Below are positions 9,792-17,926 of a stretch of 34,719 nt of DNA, in pieces. A program made the translations under genes and the position numbers. Each line of letters opens with the position of its first letter. The first letter of the stretch is position 1. Below the pieces are notes generated by a model. It searched no databases. It was not told the DNA's origin and was given only the letters and a program-made list of their open reading frames with translations. Origin of the DNA: Chlamydiales bacterium (GTDB lineage Bacteria; Chlamydiota; Chlamydiia; Chlamydiales; SM23-39); assembly GCA_031972195.1 (NCBI GenBank), contig DALYFE010000002.1:1-34719 (forward strand), written 5' to 3'.

Positions 9792-9817
9792 AGACCTCTT
9801 GATTAGGCAAGAGGTCT
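9792..9817. terminator. hairpin between convergent pepF and lepA (member of a repeated stem family)
   Basis: AGACCTCTTG (9792-9801), loop ATTAGG, CAAGAGGTCT (9808-9817). Overlaps the lepA stop codon (CTA at 9816-9818 on the plus strand). Confidence 0.5.
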
Positions 9818-11621
9818 ATTCTGCTTTGAGAACTTCCATGAAGGCGCTTTGCGGAATATTGACTTTGCCAATTTCCTTCATTTTCTTTTTGCCTTCTTTC
9901 TGTTTTTCCCAGAGTTTGCGTTTACGGGTGATGTCGCCGCCATAGCATTTAGCGGTGACATTTTTTGTAATTGCGCTGATGGTTTCCCGTGCAATGATCT
10001 TGCCTCCGATTGCAGCTTGAATCGGAACTTTAAAGAGCTGCTGCGGGATGACTTCTTTGAGTTTGGCGCAGATGGCCCGTCCTTTGGCTTCCGCTTTTGT
10101 TCGGTGGACAAGGCATGAAAAAGCATCGACCGGCTCTTCGTTCACGCGGATTTCGAGTTTAATGATATCGCTTTTCCCATATCCATCAGGTTCGTAATCG
10201 AAGGATCCGTAGCCGCGCGTGACTGATTTGAGCTTGTCGTTGAAATCGGTGATGATTTCATTCATGGGGAGTCGGTAGGTGAGAAGGATCCCTGTTGCGC
10301 TCATTGTTTCCGTTCTTTCTAAGGAGCCTCGCTTATCAGTGCAGAGCCCCATGATCGCTCCCAAGTATTCAGAAGGCGTCATGATATGGACTTTGACCCA
10401 AGGTTCTTCTACGAAATCGATATGGGCCGGATCCGGATATTTTGCAGGATTGTCCACCTCGAGAGTTTTTCCATCATTGAGTGTAAAGCGATAGATAACG
10501 CTGGGGGCCGTGGTGATGATGTCGAGGTCGAACTCTCGGCTCAGTCGTTCGAAGACAATTTCTAAATGGAGAAGACCTAAAAAGCCGCATCGAAATCCAA
10601 ACCCTAAGGCCAAGCTGCTTTCCTGTTCCACGTGCAAGGCAGAGTCATTGAGCTGCAATTTGGCTAAAGCATCTCGAACCGCTTCAAAATCCGAACTATC
10701 AACCGGATAAATACCGGCAAAAACAACGGGTGCAATCAGTTTGAAGCCGGGAAGGGGAGATGATGCCGGCGCTTTATGAAGAGTCACCGTATCTCCGATT
10801 TTTACATCGGCCGTATTTTTGATATTTGCTACAAAATAGCCGACTTCTCCCGGGCGCAGGGAATCGACAGGCGTTTCTTTGGGAGTGAATTTGCCCACCT
10901 CAATGACTTCAAATGTTTTATGGGTCGCCATCATCCGGATAAGTGATTTTTTCGAGATTTCCCCGCTGATGACTCGGATGTAGACCATAACGCCTCGATA
11001 AGGGTCGTAATGGGAATCAAAAACAAGGGCGCGCAAAAGATGGTCCGGGCTCTCGGCTGGAGAGGGAATGTCAGTCAAGATTCGCTCTAATACATCGGGT
11101 ACGCCAAGGCCTGATTTTGCTGAAATAAGCAGGGCATTGGAAGCGTCCAAACCAATAACCGATTCAATTTGCTGCTTTACTCCTTCAGGGTCTGCTGACG
11201 GGAGGTCAACTTTATTGATGACGGGAAGGATTTCTATGTTGCGGACAACTGCCAGATGCACATTTGCCAGTGTTTGCGCTTGGACTCCTTGCACTGCGTC
11301 GACGACCAGAAGGGCTCCTTCGCATGCAGCGAGAGAGCGGGATACTTCGTAGGCGAAGTCAACATGTCCCGGCGTATCAATCAGGTTGATTTGATAGACA
11401 TGTCCGTCATGCGCTTTGTAGAGCATGGAGACAGGGCGGGCCTTGATGGTGATCCCGCGCTCTCGTTCGAGATCCATATTATCGAGAAACTGCTCTTGCA
11501 TTTCTCTGGCTTCTACCGTGTGAGTTAATTCTAAAAGACGGTCAGCTAAAGTTGACTTTCCGTGATCGATATGGGCGATGATTGAAAAATTGCGAATGAA
11601 CTTGCGGTCATATTGGAACAT
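9816..11621 (-). CDS. lepA: translation elongation factor 4
   Basis: [35 protein letters not shown], and the LepA-specific C-terminal domain ...[22 protein letters not shown]. Confidence 0.97.
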   Translation of the reverse strand: MFQYDRKFIRNFSIIAHIDHGKSTLADRLLELTHTVEAREMQEQFLDNMDLERERGITIKARPVSMLYKAHDGHVYQINLIDTPGHVDFAYEVSRSLAACEGALLVVDAVQGVQAQTLANVHLAVVRNIEILPVINKVDLPSADPEGVKQQIESVIGLDASNALLISAKSGLGVPDVLERILTDIPSPAESPDHLLRALVFDSHYDPYRGVMVYIRVISGEISKKSLIRMMATHKTFEVIEVGKFTPKETPVDSLRPGEVGYFVANIKNTADVKIGDTVTLHKAPASSPLPGFKLIAPVVFAGIYPVDSSDFEAVRDALAKLQLNDSALHVEQESSLALGFGFRCGFLGLLHLEIVFERLSREFDLDIITTAPSVIYRFTLNDGKTLEVDNPAKYPDPAHIDFVEEPWVKVHIMTPSEYLGAIMGLCTDKRGSLERTETMSATGILLTYRLPMNEIITDFNDKLKSVTRGYGSFDYEPDGYGKSDIIKLEIRVNEEPVDAFSCLVHRTKAEAKGRAICAKLKEVIPQQLFKVPIQAAIGGKIIARETISAITKNVTAKCYGGDITRKRKLWEKQKEGKKKMKEIGKVNIPQSAFMEVLKAE

Positions 11622-11687
11622 ATCCGATAAGTTTATTCAAATTTCTACATCTTTGCAAGAGCTCTCATCTCGAAGTTATACAACTGT

Positions 11688-11705
11688 CTTAAGGCTGGCC
11701 TTAAG
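11688..11705. promoter_or_regulatory. 18 bp palindrome just upstream of a candidate promoter
   Basis: CTTAAGGC-TG-GCCTTAAG, a perfect 8 bp inverted repeat, 10 nt upstream of the -35 at 11716. Confidence 0.3.
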
Positions 11706-11715
11706 TGCTTTTGTA

Positions 11716-11744
11716 TTGCAAAAAATTTACTATTCCTTTAATAT
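11716..11744 (+). promoter_or_regulatory. candidate promoter for the small ORF at 11773
   Basis: TTGCAA (11716-11721), 17 nt spacer, TAATAT (11739-11744). Confidence 0.4.
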
Positions 11745-11772
11745 GTCTTAACTTTATACGAGGTCCGATTGC

Positions 11773-12030
11773 ATGAAACCGTCTCCTGTGAGCGATTCAT
11801 ATGCACAGAATGCTTCCTTAAAAGAAAAAGATGTGTTCAAGTCAAAAAAAAAAGAACCTCTTCTGCCTCAGATTGGTAAAATTTTAAGCAGCGGGGACGG
11901 CGCTCTGTTTTCTTCAGAAAACGTTCCGGAAAATGTGATTGATCAAGTAGTGCATTTGCGCGAAGGACTGCGCAATTTTCCAAGTAGATGGGCAGGAAAG
12001 CGGAGGGTAGTGGGTCGGATTGTGAAATAA
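11773..12030 (+). CDS. small hypothetical protein (85 aa, Lys/Ser-rich)
   Basis: A stand-alone unit with a candidate promoter, GAGG 9 nt before the ATG, and a strong terminator at 12054-12085. No family recognised. Confidence 0.5.
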   Translation: MKPSPVSDSYAQNASLKEKDVFKSKKKEPLLPQIGKILSSGDGALFSSENVPENVIDQVVHLREGLRNFPSRWAGKRRVVGRIVK

Positions 12031-12053
12031 TCCTGGACGCTATATTGAGAAAT

Positions 12054-12085
12054 AAAAAAAGCCCGCTTTTAGGCGGGCTTTTTTT
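12054..12085. terminator. bidirectional intrinsic terminator (small ORF / ntt)
   Basis: A7 run, GCCCGC (12061-12066), loop TTTTAG, GCGGGC (12073-12078), T7 run. Confidence 0.8.
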
Positions 12086-12113
12086 GTGTAACAATGATCT
12101 GTAATCAAATCAT

Positions 12114-13691
12114 TTATACACGTTGAGAAGAAATTGCCTCTTGTTTTTCGGCAACTTCTATGGTAGCCGCTTCGGCTGCTGCTTCTTTCTCTTTTTGAGA
12201 AGAAAGTTCTGTGAAACGCCTGTTTAGAGCGCGAGCAGCAAACATCCATGCAATAAGGGTTGCAACTAGGATTACAGCGATATAAGGGGCTACTACGACA
12301 ATGCTTGATGCATTGAATAGGATGAGAAGTCCTTGTTGAATAACCGATCCTCCCGATTTTCCAAGGCGGGCGGCAACAACGTCAATGGCTGCTTTTCCTT
12401 TGAGTTTGACTTCAGAGTCAAGTGGAATGTAAGCCATTTCTTTGGTTGGATCAAACATTGAATATTTTGTCGCTTTGGACATGACGTTTTGGATCATACC
12501 AAACATCACTGCAAGCATGAGCGGCGTAGTGCCGAACATTGCAACGAATCCTCCAAGCTGATCGCTGAAAACAACGAATGCAAAGAATCCAAGTCCGGTA
12601 ATTGCCAGGATTATAGGAGTGCACATAGCTCCAACTCCCCAACCTAATTTTCGGATGACGTTTCCTCCAACGAAGAGCATCATGAAGATTGTTAGGGCTC
12701 CGGTTGCCATGGAGAAGCTTCCCATGAAGTTTTGGTAGTCGTTGGAGTTTGGATATTGCATGCTGAGCTGCTTTTTCCAAGTGACTTCAACGAGGTTGAT
12801 CGACATGCCGTATCCAATTACAAGCATTGCGATGCAGCCGAGATAGGGGGATTTAAGAAGGAAGAGCAAGCTCTCCTTAATAGACATTTTTGGCTTGGAT
12901 TTTTTGTCTTTCTTCACTTCGTTCGGATCATAGAACCGAGCGTCGGTAAGAACTTCTTTATTGATCCACCAGTAGATTGTAATTGCAGCTGCGCAAGCGA
13001 CAACGACAGCGCCCATTGTATAGAGCAAAGTAACTCCCCAAGGATCAACTCCTGCAGGAAGGGTGTTTTTGATGTTGGCGAATTTTTTAATCAACAACCC
13101 GGAAGGGAACATCGCCAAGTTGGCGCCGATTCCGAAAAGAGCGTAGAATCTTTTTGATTCAGCCACTTTTGTGATTTGGTTTGCAAATCCCCAGAAAAGG
13201 AGGGAGATTGCAGCAGATCCCCACAGTTCGGCCATGATGTAGAAAAGCGAGGATGGCCAGTAGCGGATCATTCCAACCAAGCCGCGGAGGCCTTGTGGGA
13301 AGTGCTCATACATCCAGTTTGTCATCGCGATCGGAGAAATAGCATCTCGGTTCGGGTATAGGACTGTCGCGTATAGACCGAAAAACAGGCCGAATACTGC
13401 CATGAGCCCCATGAAAAGGCGATCTCTCTTAACAATGTTGCTCAGTTTTGTAAAAATGAGCATAAAGATGATCGCGCCTGGAACTACTCCCCAAAATTTT
13501 AAAAATGGGATTGTTTCCGCTCCGGTTGCTGTGACGATCAGCGTGTCTTTCGTGTCTCTCAAGATTGTGTAATTGAAATTGATAAAGAAAAATAGAAAGA
13601 ACATGGGCAGGAATTTTTTTAGCTCGAAGGCATGAATAGGCCAGAGCATAGAGCGCCACTTCCCAAATTCTTTAGTTACGGGCTGAGACAT
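12114..13691 (-). CDS. ntt: ATP/ADP translocase (nucleotide transporter, TLC family)
   Basis: The N-terminus FGKWRSMLWPIHAFELKKFLPMFFLFFFINFNYTILRDTKDTLIVTA is the signature start of chlamydial/rickettsial Npt1/Tlc. About 12 TM segments. Confidence 0.95.
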   Translation of the reverse strand: MSQPVTKEFGKWRSMLWPIHAFELKKFLPMFFLFFFINFNYTILRDTKDTLIVTATGAETIPFLKFWGVVPGAIIFMLIFTKLSNIVKRDRLFMGLMAVFGLFFGLYATVLYPNRDAISPIAMTNWMYEHFPQGLRGLVGMIRYWPSSLFYIMAELWGSAAISLLFWGFANQITKVAESKRFYALFGIGANLAMFPSGLLIKKFANIKNTLPAGVDPWGVTLLYTMGAVVVACAAAITIYWWINKEVLTDARFYDPNEVKKDKKSKPKMSIKESLLFLLKSPYLGCIAMLVIGYGMSINLVEVTWKKQLSMQYPNSNDYQNFMGSFSMATGALTIFMMLFVGGNVIRKLGWGVGAMCTPIILAITGLGFFAFVVFSDQLGGFVAMFGTTPLMLAVMFGMIQNVMSKATKYSMFDPTKEMAYIPLDSEVKLKGKAAIDVVAARLGKSGGSVIQQGLLILFNASSIVVVAPYIAVILVATLIAWMFAARALNRRFTELSSQKEKEAAAEAATIEVAEKQEAISSQRV

Positions 13692-14254
13692 TGATTTATA
13701 TCCTTTAACTTTAGGTTTCTAATGTTTCACAAAACAAAATGGATTGCTTAACCAACCTAACATCATAATGGAAATCACTAAAATTGCAAGGGGAAAGTTT
13801 CTGTCCTGTATAAATAAAAATATTGAGGCCAGAAGTTCTTCCCGCCAATAGATGATCGCATGAACTGCCGGCTTACGATCGAGGTCCTTCAAGGTTTTTT
13901 TTGAGTCCATTCTTTATTGAACGGACAGCTTAGGCTTCTCTCGGTTCTACTATAGGACCGGGGCAGGAGAGCTGCTCATTACCGGGATAGGGGATGTTTC
14001 CTTTTTCTTTCTTTTGGGGGCTTTGGCTGGTTTTGGGTTATTTCAGTCTTGCTCTTCCTGATGACACGGTGATTTTTCTTAAGTCGTTTGTAGTCAGTAT
14101 GATGGTATTTTTTTCTCAACTTATTGATGGTAGGCGAGTTGTGTGAAAAATGAGTGGTTTTTTTTGAACGGGCAAGTCGGTTTAAAACTGTTCTTTAGGA
14201 CAAGGTCCGGCGAGCTATCTATCTGGCTGTGAGCTCTTTGCTGGATCGGAGAAT

Positions 14255-14273
14255 CTCTTCTCTTTGAGAAGAG
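14255..14273 (+). terminator. terminator-like hairpin inside the long ntt / orphan-gene intergenic region
   Basis: CTCTTCTC (14255-14262), loop TTT, GAGAAGAG (14266-14273), then GCTTTTAAAAC. No ORF ends nearby. Confidence 0.3.
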
Positions 14274-14365
14274 GCTTTTAAAACTAGTTTGGTATTTATT
14301 TGTAGATTTAAAAAAAATATTAATATATAATTAATTTATATTTAAATCAAATAAATGGAGATTTT

Positions 14366-15037
14366 ATGGCAATTAAACCGACTGGCGAAGAATCCTCGAG
14401 CCCTATTCCGGCGAGAATAAAACAAGAGCTACCGCTCCAAGCTAGTAACGTAAAAGTTCAGAATGCGTCTGAAGCTCCTCTTCGTCAAAGGGAAGCTTAT
14501 TCGGAAATCATCGCGAAACGGATTGAGACTATTAATCCGCGCGAGACATCGAGGATATTGAATGGGATGATGATGGGTGCAAAGACTCCTGTAATGCAGC
14601 AGAAGCTTATTAAGGTAGTGACCGGAATGGGTCCTCGGGAGATGAATATTTTAGCGGCAACTTTTACTAACCGATTGCCTGCTCCTGTTAGCAATGAAAG
14701 CGAAGATACTGTAATCGTATGGCGCGGACTTAATGCATCTCAATTACAAAACATAATCAAACATAATTCAGCCGGAGGATTGCCTGCAGATCCAGACGCT
14801 GCTAAGCCAACTGAAGGGCAGGCGAGAGCGCAGGTAGGAGAAGCTGCTTCCTTTCCTGAATTTACTTTGGATCCGGGAATTGCGGAGCAGTTTGGCACCA
14901 GTAATTTTGTTGCAGTCTTGGAAATTAATAAAAAGTATTTGACAGAGGGAAGCGGGGTTGAGGCGGGCTTGATTGCAAGAAAGGACGCTCCTGTTACTTT
15001 ACTGGCCTGGAAATTTGGTCGGTCGCCAATTGTTTAA
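14366..15037 (+). CDS. hypothetical protein; C-terminal half resembles an R-S-E type mono-ADP-ribosyltransferase fold (divergent)
   Basis: TGGAG RBS 5 nt before the ATG. VIVWRG (R120), EFTLDPGIAEQFG (positions 165-177, in the place of STS...A..FG) and FVAVLEI...GVEAGLIARKDAPVTLL (E199) have ART-like spacing of 47 and 32 residues. The N-terminal ~110 aa are low complexity. Confidence 0.6.
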   Translation: MAIKPTGEESSSPIPARIKQELPLQASNVKVQNASEAPLRQREAYSEIIAKRIETINPRETSRILNGMMMGAKTPVMQQKLIKVVTGMGPREMNILAATFTNRLPAPVSNESEDTVIVWRGLNASQLQNIIKHNSAGGLPADPDAAKPTEGQARAQVGEAASFPEFTLDPGIAEQFGTSNFVAVLEINKKYLTEGSGVEAGLIARKDAPVTLLAWKFGRSPIV

Positions 15038-15052
15038 AGGTAATCTGTAAGT

Positions 15053-15080
15053 GCGAGGAATGAATTAAGCCATTCCTCGC
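15053..15080. terminator. shared hairpin between the two convergent orphan genes
   Basis: GCGAGGAATG (15053-15062), loop AATTAAGC, CATTCCTCGC (15071-15080). Overlaps the last codons of the minus-strand ORF. Confidence 0.5.
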
Positions 15081-15808
15081 GAATTGGCAGCCTGTTTCAC
15101 TTCTTCAATCCGATCTTTGAGTTCAGAGTTTAGTTCCATAATTTGTGTTAATATTTTGTAATCTTCGGCAGCTTGCTGATGGATATCTTCTTCCGGATCT
15201 TCCATCCGGAAAACAATATCCAGCAAGAGGTTCACTAAGAACTCCTCTTCTTTGGAAATGGGAGTCTTCCAGGTGCCGGAATAAAGGGCTCCATCTGGAA
15301 AAAAGGATCGATATCTTTCCCAAATATCTCTGGAATGACCCGAAGATTGCTGCAAAAAATAATGCAGAGCAAAACATTCTGTTGTATAAGCCATCGGACA
15401 GTCAAGCCATCTTTCTTTGGGGTAGATTCTCCGTAGGATTTTCTTGCACATTAAAGCACTGGTATGTTCGATCCTTTCAAATTGCTCGACAAATTCATCC
15501 GGAGTTGTGAGGTTACTGTCCTCTAAGAGCTTCTTAAACCGACCTGCTTGAGAAAGGTTGGCGGTTTCAAAAAGAGCTGCTTCGATAGCCATCAAAGTGG
15601 GTTTTTGGTTTTCGAAAAGATCGGAAGCTAAAACTATGACATTTTTAGTAACGCGGGAGTAGGTGCTATCGGCAATCTCAAATGAAATATCGCCTATCGT
15701 GTTTTTGAGTTGTTGAAATTCCTCAATTGATGAGAGGGTATCGGATAGCCTTGAAATCATTAGGCTGGAATCATTCGCAACGCTTAAGCAAGACAAGCTT
15801 CCTCTCAT
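15065..15808 (-). CDS. hypothetical protein (247 aa, no recognisable family)
   Basis: Clean ORF with a near-consensus promoter upstream. I recognise no catalytic motif, and no HExxH is present. Confidence 0.6.
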   Translation of the reverse strand: MRGSLSCLSVANDSSLMISRLSDTLSSIEEFQQLKNTIGDISFEIADSTYSRVTKNVIVLASDLFENQKPTLMAIEAALFETANLSQAGRFKKLLEDSNLTTPDEFVEQFERIEHTSALMCKKILRRIYPKERWLDCPMAYTTECFALHYFLQQSSGHSRDIWERYRSFFPDGALYSGTWKTPISKEEEFLVNLLLDIVFRMEDPEEDIHQQAAEDYKILTQIMELNSELKDRIEEVKQAANSRGMA

Positions 15809-15827
15809 TCCAAGGGTTTGGCTTCAA

Positions 15828-15857
15828 ATTTTAACAAAAAATTAACAATCTTGTCAA
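15828..15857 (-). promoter_or_regulatory. near-consensus promoter for the 15065-15808 ORF
   Basis: The minus strand reads TTGACA (15852-15857), 18 nt spacer, TAAAAT (15828-15833). It sits inside the palindrome ATCTTGTCAAGAT. Confidence 0.4.
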
Positions 15858-16012
15858 GATTTAATATTAAAAACTGGAAATGTACATATAATGCGAAAAT
15901 GAGCTCCTAAGTATGTATGTAATTGTAATCTGAATAATAATTGGTATTTTTGAGAAAGTTTTATCGATTAAATTTTTTATTTTAAACAGATCTTTTGAGG
16001 GACAAAGAAAAA

Positions 16013-16039
16013 CCCCTGAGATTATTGAGACCTCAGGGG
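16013..16039 (-). terminator. intrinsic terminator of euo
   Basis: CCCCTGAG (16013-16020) pairs with CTCAGGGG (16032-16039). The minus strand continues with TTTTTCTTTG. Confidence 0.7.
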
Positions 16040-16068
16040 CAGTGTACTTACTATAAGAAGGAGCTTTT

Positions 16069-16596
16069 TTAGTTTTGTGTCTGAGCCAATGTTGGGTCAG
16101 CGAGCAATGCCTGTTGGATGTTGATGGATTCTACGTAGTTGTTCCAGAGTTCTTGCTCCACTTTGTTGTGGCGGATTGACTGGATCAGGTCGCGTTTGCA
16201 GGTAGAAATTGATTTTCTTGGGCTGAGAATAGTAATGATTTCTTTATCTCCTGCAAGGCGGGCGATATTGAGCATCCGCTCTAGTTGAGTGCGTGTAAAG
16301 TTCATGTGGTCGCGGCGTTTGCGGGATCCTCTAGCGGCTCTTTGCTTAGGAGGAATTACGGCAGGGCGGTCGATTTGAATGACATGGCGTTCGATAATAG
16401 CAGAGAGTTCTTGCGGTTGCTTGTGCTTCATCTTCTTTAGAGTGAAGTGGTGCATATAGCCGCCGGTTTTCATTGGTAAATATTTGCAAAGCTCATTTTC
16501 TTTTTTAGCGCCGAGTTTTTTGATCGCTTTAGCAATAACGTCTTCCACATCTTTTTTTGCGGTTTTTGTGTCTGTTTCTTTTTGTAGAACGCTCAT
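16069..16596 (-). CDS. euo: Euo, the chlamydial early-gene DNA-binding repressor of late genes
   Basis: YLPMKTGGYMHHFTLKKMKHKQPQELS...IDRPAVIPPKQRAARGSRKRRDHMNFTRTQLERML matches the Chlamydiae-specific Euo family as I remember it. Confidence 0.85.
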   Translation of the reverse strand: MSVLQKETDTKTAKKDVEDVIAKAIKKLGAKKENELCKYLPMKTGGYMHHFTLKKMKHKQPQELSAIIERHVIQIDRPAVIPPKQRAARGSRKRRDHMNFTRTQLERMLNIARLAGDKEIITILSPRKSISTCKRDLIQSIRHNKVEQELWNNYVESINIQQALLADPTLAQTQN

Positions 16597-16623
16597 GTAT
16601 ACCTACCTAAAATTTTAATTTTT

Positions 16624-16642
16624 ACGAGAAATCATTTCTCGT
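16624..16642. promoter_or_regulatory. perfect 19 bp (9-1-9) palindrome in the euo/ytgA divergent region
   Basis: ACGAGAAAT-C-ATTTCTCGT, 28-46 nt upstream of the euo start codon and ~205 nt upstream of ytgA. Confidence 0.4.
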
Positions 16643-16846
16643 GAATGTTTAAAAATCACTATCCAGATCGAGTTATTGATTTAGCGAAACTAGAGTTTAT
16701 TTTCAAGTTTCTTTTCTGCTACCTCTCTCTCGTTTCCGAAATTATTTGGGGATTATATAAGTCGTCTCTTTTTCTAGCAAGAAAACGTTTTTTCTTTTTT
16801 TCGATTTTGTTACTCTCTATTCAAACATTCTGGCAAGGATTGCAAT

Positions 16847-17926
16847 ATGATACCTGTAATAAAGACTATACCTAACGTATTTCAAAAACTGAGTTTTTGG
16901 CCGCGCAAAGGCTTCGGGAAGCTTCCTGTTTTTAAGAATAAATTTTTGAAATATGCCCGATCTATCTTATTCGGCTTCCTTGCTTTATTTTTTTTTAATG
17001 CCTGCTCTCAAAAAAAATCTCTAAATCCTCTGTCCAGCTGGATGCAAGATAATGGAAAAATTAAAGTTCTTTCCACCATTGCTCAGATTGGAGATCTAGT
17101 CGCTTCGGTGGGCGGGGAGCGCGTCGACGGATGGGTCTTAGTTCCTGCCGATTTGGATCCACATAGTTATGAGTTGGTCAAAGGGGATGGGGAAAAGGTG
17201 TCCAGGGCCGATTTAATTTTTTATAATGGACTTGGACTAGAACATGGAGCTGGCCTTTCGTCGCTTTTGCATGACAATCCTAAAGCAGCGGCCCTTGGAG
17301 AAGCGATTCGAGATAGATCTCCTGATCGAATCCTAAAAAAAGATGGCATTGTAGACCCCCATATCTGGATGGATATTTCTCTATGGAAGAGGGGAGTTGG
17401 CAAAATTGCCGAGCGTCTTTCGGAATTGGATCCTGAAGGAGCCGCATATTATCGAGCAAGGGCGGAAATGCTGGAACAGGAAATGGAACAGGTCCACGCA
17501 TATATGATTGATCGGTTGCATAAAGTGCCCTCGGAGAAAAGATTTTTAGCGACAAGCCATGATGCCTTTCGGTATTTTTCAAGAGCTTACTTGGCAGATC
17601 CGGGAGAATCGGATTGGATCGATCGGTTCATTGCCCCCGAGGGGCTGGCGCCGGACGGTCAGCTCAACCCTGTAGATATTCGCAGGACAATTGAATTTTT
17701 GAAGGCGCATCATATTTCTGTCATATTTCCCGAGTCTAATATTAGTCGGGATGCCGTTGCGAAAATTGCAGCAGCAAGCCGCGAGCTGGGATTGGACGTG
17801 CGCCTTTGTTCTCAGCCGCTTTACGGAGATTCGACGAGCGGGCTATCTTATTTTGAGATGATGAAGAGCAATGCAGATGTGTTAGCTGAACAACTAGGAG
17901 GGACGGATCATGGGTCAGATCATTGA
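16847..17926 (+). CDS. ytgA: periplasmic metal-binding protein of a Mn/Fe/Zn ABC transporter (TroA/ZnuA cluster 9)
   Basis: Lipoprotein-like signal LALFFFNAC. Motifs DLDPHSYE, VDPHIWMD and TSHDAFRYF. AAGGA RBS. Confidence 0.9.
   Translation: MIPVIKTIPNVFQKLSFWPRKGFGKLPVFKNKFLKYARSILFGFLALFFFNACSQKKSLNPLSSWMQDNGKIKVLSTIAQIGDLVASVGGERVDGWVLVPADLDPHSYELVKGDGEKVSRADLIFYNGLGLEHGAGLSSLLHDNPKAAALGEAIRDRSPDRILKKDGIVDPHIWMDISLWKRGVGKIAERLSELDPEGAAYYRARAEMLEQEMEQVHAYMIDRLHKVPSEKRFLATSHDAFRYFSRAYLADPGESDWIDRFIAPEGLAPDGQLNPVDIRRTIEFLKAHHISVIFPESNISRDAVAKIAAASRELGLDVRLCSQPLYGDSTSGLSYFEMMKSNADVLAEQLGGTDHGSDH

Noticed and set aside
13719-13910. 63 aa minus-strand ORF upstream of ntt as a real gene
   Set aside because: It is short, with no clear RBS and no recognisable family. 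It is kept only as part of the intergenic-region finding.
13961-14285. Possible tmRNA or another housekeeping RNA, because the stretch begins GGGGCAGGAG
   Set aside because: It lacks a tRNA-like 3' end (no GGTTCGA-type T-arm or CCA-proximal acceptor pairing) and has no tag-ORF-like segment. The region is too U-rich and unstructured by eye.
16645-16875. 76 aa ORF in the euo/ytgA intergenic region
   Set aside because: It is a Phe/Leu-rich translation of a T-rich promoter region. It overlaps the ytgA start and has no RBS.
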